NCBI GenBank assembly: GCA_024543015.1
Contig: JAMXCY010000001.1
Span: 1 to 34,217 of the forward strand
Length of the DNA stretch: 34,217 nt
Source of the DNA: Candidatus Omnitrophota bacterium
Lineage (GTDB): Bacteria > Omnitrophota > Gorgyraeia > JAFGHF01
Direction of reading: 5' to 3'
The translations under genes were made by a program, and so were the position numbers. Below the pieces are notes generated by a model that made no database searches, had not been told where the DNA came from, and worked only from the letters and a program-made list of their open reading frames with translations. Positions 1-7,590 of this stretch are shown piece by piece. The first letter of the stretch is position 1. Each line of letters begins with the position of its first letter.

Positions 1-178
1 CTTCGCTTCGCTCGCAATGACGTCTGAGGCACAAAATCCAGGCCTTGGGGAGCCAGATTTTCTTGTTATCAAACTCAATTAGGATGGCCTTAGGCGTTTC
101 TTTGATGAGATTGACGTCTATCCAGATGTAATCCTGGGGGTTTGTGGCACGGTTGAGCCAGTATTTGAGGTTAAACAT
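1..178 (-). CDS. hypothetical small protein, N-terminal part only (runs off left edge); phage/mobile-element-like
   Basis: Hand translation of the minus strand from ATG 178..176 gives MFNLKYWLNRATNPQDYIWIDVNLIKETPKAILIEFDNKKIWLPKAWILCLRRHCERSE..., open to position 1. The start overlaps the stop of the upstream ORF (ATGTTTAA). It is absent from the ORF track because it is under 60 aa in-window. No family recognised. Confidence 0.3.
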   Translation of the reverse strand, partial: MFNLKYWLNRATNPQDYIWIDVNLIKETPKAILIEFDNKKIWLPKAWILCLRRHCERSE

Positions 179-657
179 GGGTTTCTCGCTCCTTTCTGAG
201 GCGCTTGGCCCCTTCTTTGAGCCAATCCGGTTGATAAGGAAGTTCACAAAGCAGCTTTCCCTCTTCCCTAAACTCGTCTCTTCTTTTCTTGACCTTTTTG
301 GTTGTGATCTCTTTGTGGGCAGTGTCGCGACATTGCTTGAGCTCGAGCTTATCAACCGGAAGATCCTGTAACTCTACCCAGATCTTTGGCTTTTTGTTCT
401 TGCGGCCTGATATCATCTCTTTCTGAGTGTCTATAAGGCCCATGCTGCTGAGTTCCTGGCGCGCCTTATAGATAGGTAGCGTTGGATAGGCCGGTGGCCT
501 CTTGTAGGGCCATTGTGCCGTAACAACTCCTGCCATTAGCCCCACCGGCAAGGACATAAAGAATATAAAGCTTAGCCGCTGATGCAGACATTTCTTTTAA
601 GAAGCCTAATTCTTTAAGATCTCGGTCTATCCAGCCAAAAGGAAAAAGTTTTCTCAT
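171..657 (-). pseudogene. frameshifted winged-HTH, phage replication-protein-O-like / Rep-like gene (or sequencing error)
   Basis: ORF 466..657 ends ...LQEATGLSNATYL*. The overlapping ORF 171..557, in another frame, continues ...YKARQELSSMGLIDTQKE.... Joined across CTATCTATAAGG (~466..477) they read TGLSNATYL-KARQELSSMGLI, a typical HTH recognition helix. The N-terminus (FPFGWIDRDLKELGFLKEMSASAAKLYILYVLAG) resembles phage replication-protein N-terminal wHTH domains. Confidence 0.5.
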
Positions 658-702
658 AGTTTAAATGTTCTATTTAGATATCTATTTAATAAATATATAT
701 GA

Positions 703-760
703 GAGTTTAAATTTTGAACTATGCTGTGCTGAAAGCTGAGTTTAAAAATTAAACTATGCT
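703..760. repeat. two 23-nt imperfect direct repeats (20/23 identical, 35-nt period) upstream of the wHTH gene
   Basis: 703..725 is GAGTTTAAATTTTGAACTATGCT and 738..760 is GAGTTTAAAAATTAAACTATGCT. A nearby TCTATTTA occurs twice (669..676 and 681..688). Confidence 0.6.
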
Positions 761-926
761 TTCGCACCACAATTCCACCACATAAATGGGCAAAAAGAGA
801 CACCTGGTCTGTGATGATAACTGATGTAAACTGAGATAAGGTGATGTTGTATGTGCTTGGTATATATGGGGGTTGGAACGATTTAGGTGAGTTTATGCGG
901 GGATTTGGGGGTGTGCTTAAAACATA

Positions 927-1016
927 TGGCGGAGAGGCAGGGATTCGAACCCTGGATACCCGAAGGTATACGCGCTTTCCAAGCGCGCGCACTCGGCCAG
1001 GCTATGCGACCTCTCC
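927..1016 (-). tRNA. tRNA-Ser (anticodon GGA), CCA encoded
   Basis: The reverse complement is GGAGAGGTCGCATAGCCTGGCCGAGTGCGCGCGCTTGGAAAGCGCGTATACCTTCGGGTATCCAGGGTTCGAATCCCTGCCTCTCCGCCA. It has a 7-bp acceptor, anticodon stem CGCGC/GCGCG with loop TTGGAAA, a long variable arm and a GGTTCGAATCC T-loop. Confidence 0.93.
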
Positions 1017-1023
1017 ATATTCA

Positions 1024-1494
1024 TTATCTTGTGATTTTTAATATTTTATAGTTTAAATCTCCGGCAGGCACTTTTATTGCTATAACATCGCCGACCTTAT
1101 GTCCCAGGAGCGCCTTACCCACAGGAGATGTTACTGAAATCTTTTTCTGGGCAAAATCGGCTTCCAGTTCGGCAACTAGCGTATATTTGAGTTTTCGCTC
1201 TGTGTCTAAGTCTTCTAATATTACGGTTGCGCCAATGAATGCCTTACTCTTATCAATATTGCTATCATCAAGAATTTGCGCATTGGATAGCTTTTCTTCC
1301 AATTCAATAATGCGTTTCTCATTTAAGCCTTGTGCTTCTTTAGCGGCATCGTATTCGGCATTCTCACTTATATCGCCTTGCTCACGAGCCCTGCCAATTG
1401 CCTCAGATAATTCTCGAGTGCGTACTGTTTTTAAATAGGTAAGTTCTTTCATTAGTTTATCATAGCCTTTTTGGCTAAGGTGTACTTTAACCAT
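1024..1494 (-). CDS. greA: transcription elongation factor GreA
   Basis: 156 aa with an N-terminal coiled coil carrying the conserved ...AREQGDISENAEYDAAKE... motif and a C-terminal globular domain (VSVTSPVGKALLGHKVGD). Confidence 0.95.
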   Translation of the reverse strand: MVKVHLSQKGYDKLMKELTYLKTVRTRELSEAIGRAREQGDISENAEYDAAKEAQGLNEKRIIELEEKLSNAQILDDSNIDKSKAFIGATVILEDLDTERKLKYTLVAELEADFAQKKISVTSPVGKALLGHKVGDVIAIKVPAGDLNYKILKITR

Positions 1495-1547
1495 TATCAG
1501 TCTTTACTCCTAAATTTAACAAGCACTAATTAATTGACGCCTTTGAG

Positions 1548-2267
1548 TTAAGCAATCGCGCATTTGAGTCTTTTGTGCACAGTATCTTTTAAAGAAAGAA
1601 AATCTTTAGGCTCTAATTTTTCTGTTTCAACCGGCGCAAGTACCGTTAGCCTACCGTTGACCTTTCTTTTAAAAACCCAGCTCATTTTCGGGATGGCTTC
1701 TCTGGTGCCAGTTATGGCAATAGGAAGGATGGGTTTTTTCTGCTGTATAGCCAATTTAAATGCGCCATTCTGAAACTCGCCTATTTTACCGGTTTTACTT
1801 CGCGTACCTTCCGGAAAGAATACCACCGATATATCATTCTTCAGCCAATACACAGCTTCCCGATAGACTTTTCTAATACTGCCGAATTCTCCCCGCGAGA
1901 GCCTGATGTGCTTGGTCAGAAAAAGGCACCAACCAATAAACGGTATTTGAAAAAGACTCTCTTTTGCTATCCACTTAAACTGCATGCGAGTCTTATACAT
2001 CACTACGATATCCGCAAAACTTTGATGATTGGCAACTACTATATATGTTTTATGCGGGTCAATGTTCTCTAATCCGCTCACCTGAAGGTGCCAAAAAGGA
2101 TTAAAGCCGATAACTGCATCTGCCCACCAAAAACATTGAGCGTGATTAATTTTTCTTTTTTTGTCAAAGGGAAAAAGAAGTATAGTCAGGGCTAATTCCA
2201 CAAAGAATAGCGAGATAGTCAATATTCCGGTAACTGCCCAGATCACCACTGAAATAATAGCTGTCAT
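1548..2267 (-). CDS. plsC: 1-acyl-sn-glycerol-3-phosphate acyltransferase family protein
   Basis: N-terminal TM helix, HX4D acyltransferase motif (NHQSFADI) and an FPEGTRS motif. Confidence 0.85.
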   Translation of the reverse strand: MTAIISVVIWAVTGILTISLFFVELALTILLFPFDKKRKINHAQCFWWADAVIGFNPFWHLQVSGLENIDPHKTYIVVANHQSFADIVVMYKTRMQFKWIAKESLFQIPFIGWCLFLTKHIRLSRGEFGSIRKVYREAVYWLKNDISVVFFPEGTRSKTGKIGEFQNGAFKLAIQQKKPILPIAITGTREAIPKMSWVFKRKVNGRLTVLAPVETEKLEPKDFLSLKDTVHKRLKCAIA

Positions 2268-2302
2268 TTTTTCATGCCCATCAAGAAATAAGCAGGTTCG
2301 GT

Positions 2303-3526
2303 TCAGGGACGCCTGCGATATTTTCGTTTTCCCCTTCTTCTTCCTGCGTGCCTAAAACTACCTTGAGGTTTTGTATACTGAATAAATTTTTCGTGCTGAA
2401 ACTCGGGATGCCCTGCTATGGGCAGAGCAGTTTTAATAAGCTTTTCTATGCTGCGCACATCCTTGCCCTGCTCAGGCATGGCAAAGGTAATGGCCCGGCC
2501 TTCGTGGCCGGCGCGTCCTGTGCGGCCGATGCGATGCACATAATTTTCGGCGTTCTCGGGCACATCATAGTTAATAACCAGCTCTATCCCGGTAACATCA
2601 ATGCCCCTGGCCGCCACGTCGGTAGCAACAAGTATCCTGTATCTTCCCGCCTTAAAGCCGTCAAGCGCCTGGCGGCGCTGGCTGAGTGAGCGGTCGGAAT
2701 GAATTTCTGCGGCACTGTAGCCTTTGTTTCTTAGCAGACGGTTCAATACAGTCGCACCCCGCCTGGTTCGGGAAAAAAGCAGAACCGAACCGCGATAACA
2801 GTCGAGTATCTTTGTCAGGAGCTGTTTTTTCGCGGCTTTATTAACAATAAATAATTCCTGAACAATGCGTTCGGCCGTAGTACCTGAAGGCGCAATCTCA
2901 ATATGAACAGGCAGTTTCATATGCGAGGATGCTATTGCCATAACCTCAGGGGGTATTGTCGCCGAAAAAAGCATTGTCTGCCTGTTTCTGGGAATACGTT
3001 TAAGAATGCGCCTGATATCCGGCAGAAAGCCCATATCAAGCATCCGGTCAACCTCATCAATAATCAGGATATTCACATTCTCCAAAGATACTGTGCGGCG
3101 GGTGAGATGATCTACAAGCCTCCCGGGCGTGGCAATTAAAACTCTGGGTTTTGCCTTTAGCCTGTTTATCTGCTTATTTATCGGGACCCCGCCAATGATA
3201 ACAATTGTTTTTATACCGAATAACGGGGCAATCTTCTGAAATGCCTCATTAATCTGAAGCGCCAGTTCCCGGGTAGGCACAAGCACAAGACAGTGCCCCT
3301 TTTGCTGTGCCAGGCGCTGAATAACGGGAATGGCAAAAGCAAGGGTCTTACCTGTGCCGGTCTGGGCAATACCTACAACATCCTTATGCTCTATCGCAAT
3401 AGGGATAGCCTTGTACTGAATGGGCGTGGGCACGGTAAACTTCATTCTGTCCAGCGCCTCTAATATTTTTGGAGCGATTCCCAGGCCGTCAAAAGAAGTG
3501 CCCGGCCGTCGTGGTATCTGGGTCAT
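2303..3526 (-). CDS. DEAD-box ATP-dependent RNA helicase (RhlE-like) with a basic C-terminal tail
   Basis: Q motif (FTVPTPIQ), motif I AQTGTGKT, Ia PTRELA, II DEVD, III SAT, VI HRIGRTGRAG. The Arg/Lys-rich tail is GRRRGKRKYRRRP. Confidence 0.93.
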   Translation of the reverse strand: MTQIPRRPGTSFDGLGIAPKILEALDRMKFTVPTPIQYKAIPIAIEHKDVVGIAQTGTGKTLAFAIPVIQRLAQQKGHCLVLVPTRELALQINEAFQKIAPLFGIKTIVIIGGVPINKQINRLKAKPRVLIATPGRLVDHLTRRTVSLENVNILIIDEVDRMLDMGFLPDIRRILKRIPRNRQTMLFSATIPPEVMAIASSHMKLPVHIEIAPSGTTAERIVQELFIVNKAAKKQLLTKILDCYRGSVLLFSRTRRGATVLNRLLRNKGYSAAEIHSDRSLSQRRQALDGFKAGRYRILVATDVAARGIDVTGIELVINYDVPENAENYVHRIGRTGRAGHEGRAITFAMPEQGKDVRSIEKLIKTALPIAGHPEFQHEKFIQYTKPQGSFRHAGRRRGKRKYRRRP

Positions 3527-3608
3527 GATAGTTCCTTGTTTTTTAGTAGAGTGCGGTTATTTTATACTCTGCGTGGTCGCATTTTGGCAGCAAGAATTTA
3601 TAGCAATT

Positions 3609-4271
3609 CTACTCTTTAACAATTACTCTTTCTTCATAACGGGTTCTAAAATCACTCGCAATCTTATTTACTAATTTCGCTATAACACCACTGTATTTAT
3701 CTTCGGATAAACTGAAACGGAAAGACATCGGCTGGCCTGTTCGCTTCTTGATCTTTGCCAACGACTTTTTTATAGAGCGTGAATTTGTCCAAATAGTAGC
3801 CCCGGATTCAGTGTCCCAATGCTTCAAGGTAAGCGAAATTTCCACTGAACTCCCTGCATACAATGAAGATAAATCCTTGCTGAAACTAACGCTCCGCTGT
3901 GGTTCGGATACTTCAAAGCTGCCGGTAAAAACAGTAGCGACGTTATATTTTTTACCTATAATCTTCATCACTTCCGGATTTATCTCGTTGTGGCTTGTTG
4001 ACTTCAATAATTGCTCCTTTGACCCCAATTCAAGAAAATGGGTTCCCGGCTGGGCTCGCTGAATCACAGAGATAAATTTCTGCGTTGCAAATTGATTTAG
4101 CTTATCTGTAGAATTAGAAGAAAATTCAATCACACCCATAGTCTGATAGGGCAAAAGGTCAATTCTTGGGGGAAGTTTAATTAAAACTTTGCGCGCACAC
4201 CCAATCAGCAGTAAAGTAAGGACAAGCGAGCCCAATGTTATCCCAAAGGTTAAATAAGACTTTTTCGTCAT
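3609..4271 (-). CDS. hypothetical lipoprotein
   Basis: Signal peptide with lipobox LLLIGC. The mature part has no motif I can name. It loosely resembles the small periplasmic alpha/beta lipoprotein fold (GVIEFSSNS...ATQKFISVIQ). Confidence 0.6.
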   Translation of the reverse strand: MTKKSYLTFGITLGSLVLTLLLIGCARKVLIKLPPRIDLLPYQTMGVIEFSSNSTDKLNQFATQKFISVIQRAQPGTHFLELGSKEQLLKSTSHNEINPEVMKIIGKKYNVATVFTGSFEVSEPQRSVSFSKDLSSLYAGSSVEISLTLKHWDTESGATIWTNSRSIKKSLAKIKKRTGQPMSFRFSLSEDKYSGVIAKLVNKIASDFRTRYEERVIVKE

Positions 4272-4328
4272 CTTTCCTCCTTTTCAAACGTTTTTTTATA
4301 GTCTACCATTGGAACTAAGATAATTTTA

Positions 4329-5333
4329 TTAATAAGTAAAAATCTTATCTCCGACTCTAAGTCGAAGAATTGTTTTTTTGCTACCTTTAGCAATGCAAGT
4401 CAATCCGGAAGTAACTTTGGTTACTTTTAAGATAGCTTTTTTTTCCTTGAGTATCGTAATTATTCCTGTTTTAGGATCTTTGAATGAGCCTTTTTCTTCC
4501 CAGATAATGAGTTTATCCCTTGGCTTAACTCCGTAAGCCGAACCTAGATTAACAATTACTTCATGCTCAGAAAATATTTGCAAAATTTCTCCTGAATGAG
4601 GAAATTTAGTACGCAGATCGTGATTGAAGCTTTTTACAGCCTTCTCTAAAGCCCTAGATGCTAAAAACGAATATTCTTTGTCTAGCCTATTAAAACTTTT
4701 TGCTATCTGAACTACAGCATGACTAATTAATTTAGCACGTAGGGTCTTTTTGAATAAAGACTCGTCATTGAATCTTTCTTGCCTACTTTTCTGTCGATAG
4801 GATCCTACCTTTTTATCACTATAAAGTACTACTGCGCTACTTACATCTACAATCTTAACGGACACATCGACATCACTGGTAGCCTCCTCCCAAATCCAAC
4901 CGGAAAATTCATCTTTACCTGGCTTTGTTCTTCTATGCTTCAATTGAGATTCTCTAACAGATGCGGTTACATTGCCAAAAACTAGATAATCCGCACCTAA
5001 TAATTTACCTAATTCATGAATCCTTTCCATATTGCCAGAATCTACAAAATCCCTCTCAGAGATAACCCGTTTAACCTTCTCTCTTTCTACAACAACAAAA
5101 TGGCCCACTAACAGGTTCTCCAATTCCGCCATGGCTAGCGCTTCTATTCCCTGAATCGGTGAACCATCATCATTCATCTCTAAAATAGCAATATTCTTTT
5201 TATGGGCGCTGGCTGCCTTTAACTCTTCAAATGTAGGTTCAATTATCGGAGCTGTGGCACAACCGGACAAGAAAACAAAAAAAGATGAAAACATAAGAGC
5301 CCAAGTACCAATTCTTAGCTTAACTAAGGCCAT
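4329..5333 (-). CDS. lipoprotein with a CsgG/LpoB-like N-terminal domain and a C-terminal small beta-barrel-like domain
   Basis: Lipobox FLSGC. NIAILEMNDDG...LVGHFVVVEREKVKRVISERDF...LGKLLGADYLVFGNVT matches the pattern typical of CsgG-family/TolB-N-like lipoproteins. This is a family-level call only. Confidence 0.55.
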   Translation of the reverse strand: MALVKLRIGTWALMFSSFFVFLSGCATAPIIEPTFEELKAASAHKKNIAILEMNDDGSPIQGIEALAMAELENLLVGHFVVVEREKVKRVISERDFVDSGNMERIHELGKLLGADYLVFGNVTASVRESQLKHRRTKPGKDEFSGWIWEEATSDVDVSVKIVDVSSAVVLYSDKKVGSYRQKSRQERFNDESLFKKTLRAKLISHAVVQIAKSFNRLDKEYSFLASRALEKAVKSFNHDLRTKFPHSGEILQIFSEHEVIVNLGSAYGVKPRDKLIIWEEKGSFKDPKTGIITILKEKKAILKVTKVTSGLTCIAKGSKKTILRLRVGDKIFTY

Positions 5334-5368
5334 CTCATTCTCCTTTCCATACGTTAGAAGACGTTGTT

Positions 5369-5397
5369 CATTTTAATCGGAACAGTGTATCTTAGCA
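5369..5397 (-). promoter_or_regulatory. candidate sigma70-type promoter for the lipoprotein genes
   Basis: The minus strand reads TTGCTA (5397..5392), a 17-nt spacer, then TAAAAT (5374..5369). An AAAGGAGAA Shine-Dalgarno follows before the ATG at 5333. Confidence 0.35.
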
Positions 5398-5443
5398 ACA
5401 GACACTGCCTCGATGTACAATTTTCCTTGTCGGAAAATTGCAA

Positions 5444-5530
5444 CGGAGAGAGGAGGATTCGAACCCCCGGTACCCGAAGGTACAGCCGCTTTCGAGGCGG
5501 CCCCATTCAACCAGGCTCTGGCATCTCTCC
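5444..5530 (-). tRNA. tRNA-Ser (anticodon CGA), no encoded CCA
   Basis: The reverse complement is GGAGAGATGCCAGAGCCTGGTTGAATGGGGCCGCCTCGAAAGCGGCTGTACCTTCGGGTACCGGGGGTTCGAATCCTCCTCTCTCCG. The anticodon stem is GCCGC/GCGGC with loop CTCGAAA, and there is a long variable arm. The sequence is followed by TTG, not CCA. Confidence 0.9.
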
Positions 5531-5534
5531 ATAT

Positions 5535-5624
5535 TGGCGGAGGAGAGAGGATTCGAACCCCTGAGACCCTTACGAGCCTAACGGTTTTCAAGACCGCCGC
5601 TTTCAACCACTCAGCCACTCCTCC
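5535..5624 (-). tRNA. tRNA-Ser (anticodon UGA), CCA encoded
   Basis: The reverse complement is GGAGGAGTGGCTGAGTGGTTGAAAGCGGCGGTCTTGAAAACCGTTAGGCTCGTAAGGGTCTCAGGGGTTCGAATCCTCTCTCCTCCGCCA. The anticodon loop is CTTGAAA and there is a long variable arm. Confidence 0.9.
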
Positions 5625-5630
5625 AACGTC

Positions 5631-6290
5631 TTAAAACAAATACTTATAAAATGCATAATACATATCGCCAGCGCGATGCAGAGTCGAATGAAAAAGGCTA
5701 GTAAAAGAAAACTCTTTAAAAATGACGCTTAAAATTAAGCTGACCAAAAAGACATTAAGAATATAAATTGTGGATACGGAAAAAATGTATCCGGTCTTAA
5801 AGATATCGGATTGTTTTATTTTCATTGCCTCTATGGTCATCACCAGATGCAGCGTTAAGCTAAACCCGATCAGAAATAAAAGATGAGGCGTAAAACTTGA
5901 GATATCCCGAAACAGCGAAACTAAAAAATAAACCAGCCAGAAAAACAGCGTATACGTAGGAAAAAAATAAGGAAAAAGAGCAATAAAAAAGTTGGATTTA
6001 GTAGTTGAAATACCTCCTCCCTGGGAAGAGAAGCCAAACGAGCGCACCTGCCCACCACAGATAAAGGTGGCCAAGGCATGCGCAATCTCATGGCCCAGTA
6101 CATAAAAATAATTGGGCTTATATAAAATAAGATGCATAATCAGATAACAGATCACCCCCTTTAAGAAGTAACCAGGCAAACCTTGAAACTCTTGGATCCG
6201 GCTTAACTGCCCAGCAAAGGCACTGCTGGCTGCTACGGTAACAGGCAAAAGCAAAATTCCGATTAATACTTTAAATATTCGCAGGATCAT
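5631..6290 (-). CDS. polytopic membrane protein with an HExxH motif (M50B-like putative metallopeptidase)
   Basis: Multiple hydrophobic helices. GHEIAHALATFICGGQV...GGG resembles the HExGHA...GG pattern of the peptidase M50B-like family. Confidence 0.55.
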   Translation of the reverse strand: MILRIFKVLIGILLLPVTVAASSAFAGQLSRIQEFQGLPGYFLKGVICYLIMHLILYKPNYFYVLGHEIAHALATFICGGQVRSFGFSSQGGGISTTKSNFFIALFPYFFPTYTLFFWLVYFLVSLFRDISSFTPHLLFLIGFSLTLHLVMTIEAMKIKQSDIFKTGYIFSVSTIYILNVFLVSLILSVIFKEFSFTSLFHSTLHRAGDMYYAFYKYLF

Positions 6291-6299
6291 CTTAAATAA

Positions 6300-7586
6300 T
6301 TAAGGGTTTAAGGCTTTAAGTTCAGTTTGTCCATCCATATATGGCTGAAGGGCTCCAGGGATAGCCACGCTTCCGTCGGGCTTCTGGTGATTCTCCAGAA
6401 GCGCAATTACCGTGCGGGCCAGGGCAATCCCGGAGCCATTTAAGGTATGAACAAAGCTCAAGTTTCCATCTTTGGATGAACGGTATCTTATATTTGCGCG
6501 CCTGGCTTGAAAATCGGTAAAGTTGCTGCAGCTGGAAACTTCCAACCAGACTTTATCCCCTGGCGCCCAAGCCTCAAGGTCATAACATTTACTCCCGGAA
6601 AAACTAATTTCACCTGTACAAAGTACGACCACGCGATAAGGAATTTCCAAAAGTTGTAAAACTTCTTCCGCGTCCTGGACTAAAGATTCTAATTCATCAA
6701 AAGAATTTTCCCTGGCAACAAATTTTACCAACTCTACTTTATCAAATTGGTGCACGCGAGTTAAGCCACGGGTCTCTTTTCCGTAAGAGCCGGCCTCACG
6801 GCGAAAACAAGCTGTATAAGCAGTGTAGCGCTTGGGCAACTCTTCTTCTTTTAAGATTTCATTACGGTGGATGTTGGTCACCGGCACCTCGGCTGTAGGA
6901 ATAAGAAACAAATCATCATCTTTGAGCCGATACATATCCTCTTCCAGCTTAGGCAGCTGCCCGGTCCCGATCATGCTGGCGCGATTTACCAAAAACGGTG
7001 GAAAGACCTCTGTATAGCCATGTTTTTTTGTATGTAAGTCCAGCATGAAGTTATACAGCCCTCGCTCCAGGCGCGCCCCCTGGCCCATAAACAGCACAAA
7101 ATTAGAACCGGAAATCTTGGCGGCCCGGTTAAAATCCAGAATCCCCAGATGTTCGGCTAGTTCCAGGTGATTGCGCAGTTTAAAGTTAGGCTTAGGAAGC
7201 TTTCCCCAGCTACGCACCACCTTGTTGGCCTTAGCCCCTGCACCAACAGGAATAGATTTATGGCAAATATTTGGGACATTAAGCAACAAATTAGCCAATT
7301 TTGGCTCTATTTCCTCCACTTTTTGCTTAATTTCGGCTACTTTTTGGGATAACGCCTTAGCATCGCTGACCAGGTCTTTAGCCCCGGCCTTCTCCCCCAT
7401 CATCATTTTAGCGATTTCTTCAGAGAGCAGGTTCTTTTTGTATTTAAGGCTCTCTAATTCCGTGGTTAGCTTTCTTTTTCTTGCCTCCAACTCAAGCAGG
7501 CCATCTAAGTCTAACTCTACTCCTTTGTCCTTAATCGCTTTTTTTACCACATCCGGATTTTCCCGAATAAACTTGATATCTAACAT
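6300..7586 (-). CDS. serS: seryl-tRNA synthetase
   Basis: N-terminal coiled-coil arm (MLDIKFIRENPD...) and a class II core with TGQLPKLEEDMY, FRREAGS and GSGIALARTVIALLENHQ. Confidence 0.97.
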   Translation of the reverse strand: MLDIKFIRENPDVVKKAIKDKGVELDLDGLLELEARKRKLTTELESLKYKKNLLSEEIAKMMMGEKAGAKDLVSDAKALSQKVAEIKQKVEEIEPKLANLLLNVPNICHKSIPVGAGAKANKVVRSWGKLPKPNFKLRNHLELAEHLGILDFNRAAKISGSNFVLFMGQGARLERGLYNFMLDLHTKKHGYTEVFPPFLVNRASMIGTGQLPKLEEDMYRLKDDDLFLIPTAEVPVTNIHRNEILKEEELPKRYTAYTACFRREAGSYGKETRGLTRVHQFDKVELVKFVARENSFDELESLVQDAEEVLQLLEIPYRVVVLCTGEISFSGSKCYDLEAWAPGDKVWLEVSSCSNFTDFQARRANIRYRSSKDGNLSFVHTLNGSGIALARTVIALLENHQKPDGSVAIPGALQPYMDGQTELKALNP

Positions 7587-7590
7587 CTTA

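Noticed and set aside
811-834. GTGATGA ... CTGA ... CTGA, reminiscent of C/D-box sRNA motifs
   Set aside because: The boxes are only 3-13 nt apart and lack guide spacing or a terminal stem. C/D sRNAs are not expected in bacteria, so this is most likely chance in AT-rich DNA.
654-1041. ORFs 654..992 (-) and 841..1041 (+) spanning the non-coding region and tRNA-Ser(GGA)
   Set aside because: They read straight through a well-folded tRNA gene, so they are frame artefacts.
3049-3060. DEVD instead of DEAD in helicase motif II
   Set aside because: This is a conservative, known natural variant of the Walker B box. All other motifs are intact, so it is not evidence of inactivation.
3527-3608. 5' leader of the DEAD-box helicase with a small AGAGT...ACTCT hairpin and a TGCTATAAA extended -10-like element, as a possible cold-shock-type regulatory UTR
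   Set aside because: The stem is only 5 bp, there is no convincing -35, and conservation cannot be assessed. Support is insufficient.
5421-5437. TTTTCC-TTGTC-GGAAAA hairpin just downstream of tRNA-Ser(CGA), as an intrinsic terminator
   Set aside because: The stem is only 6 bp with just two G-C pairs (the rest A-T) and has no clear U-tract. It is too weak to call and is kept only as a note.
5364-5634. Three ORFs (5364..5564 +, 5373..5618 -, 5413..5634 +) over the tandem tRNA-Ser genes
   Set aside because: They overlap two canonical tRNA-Ser cloverleafs and are not coding.
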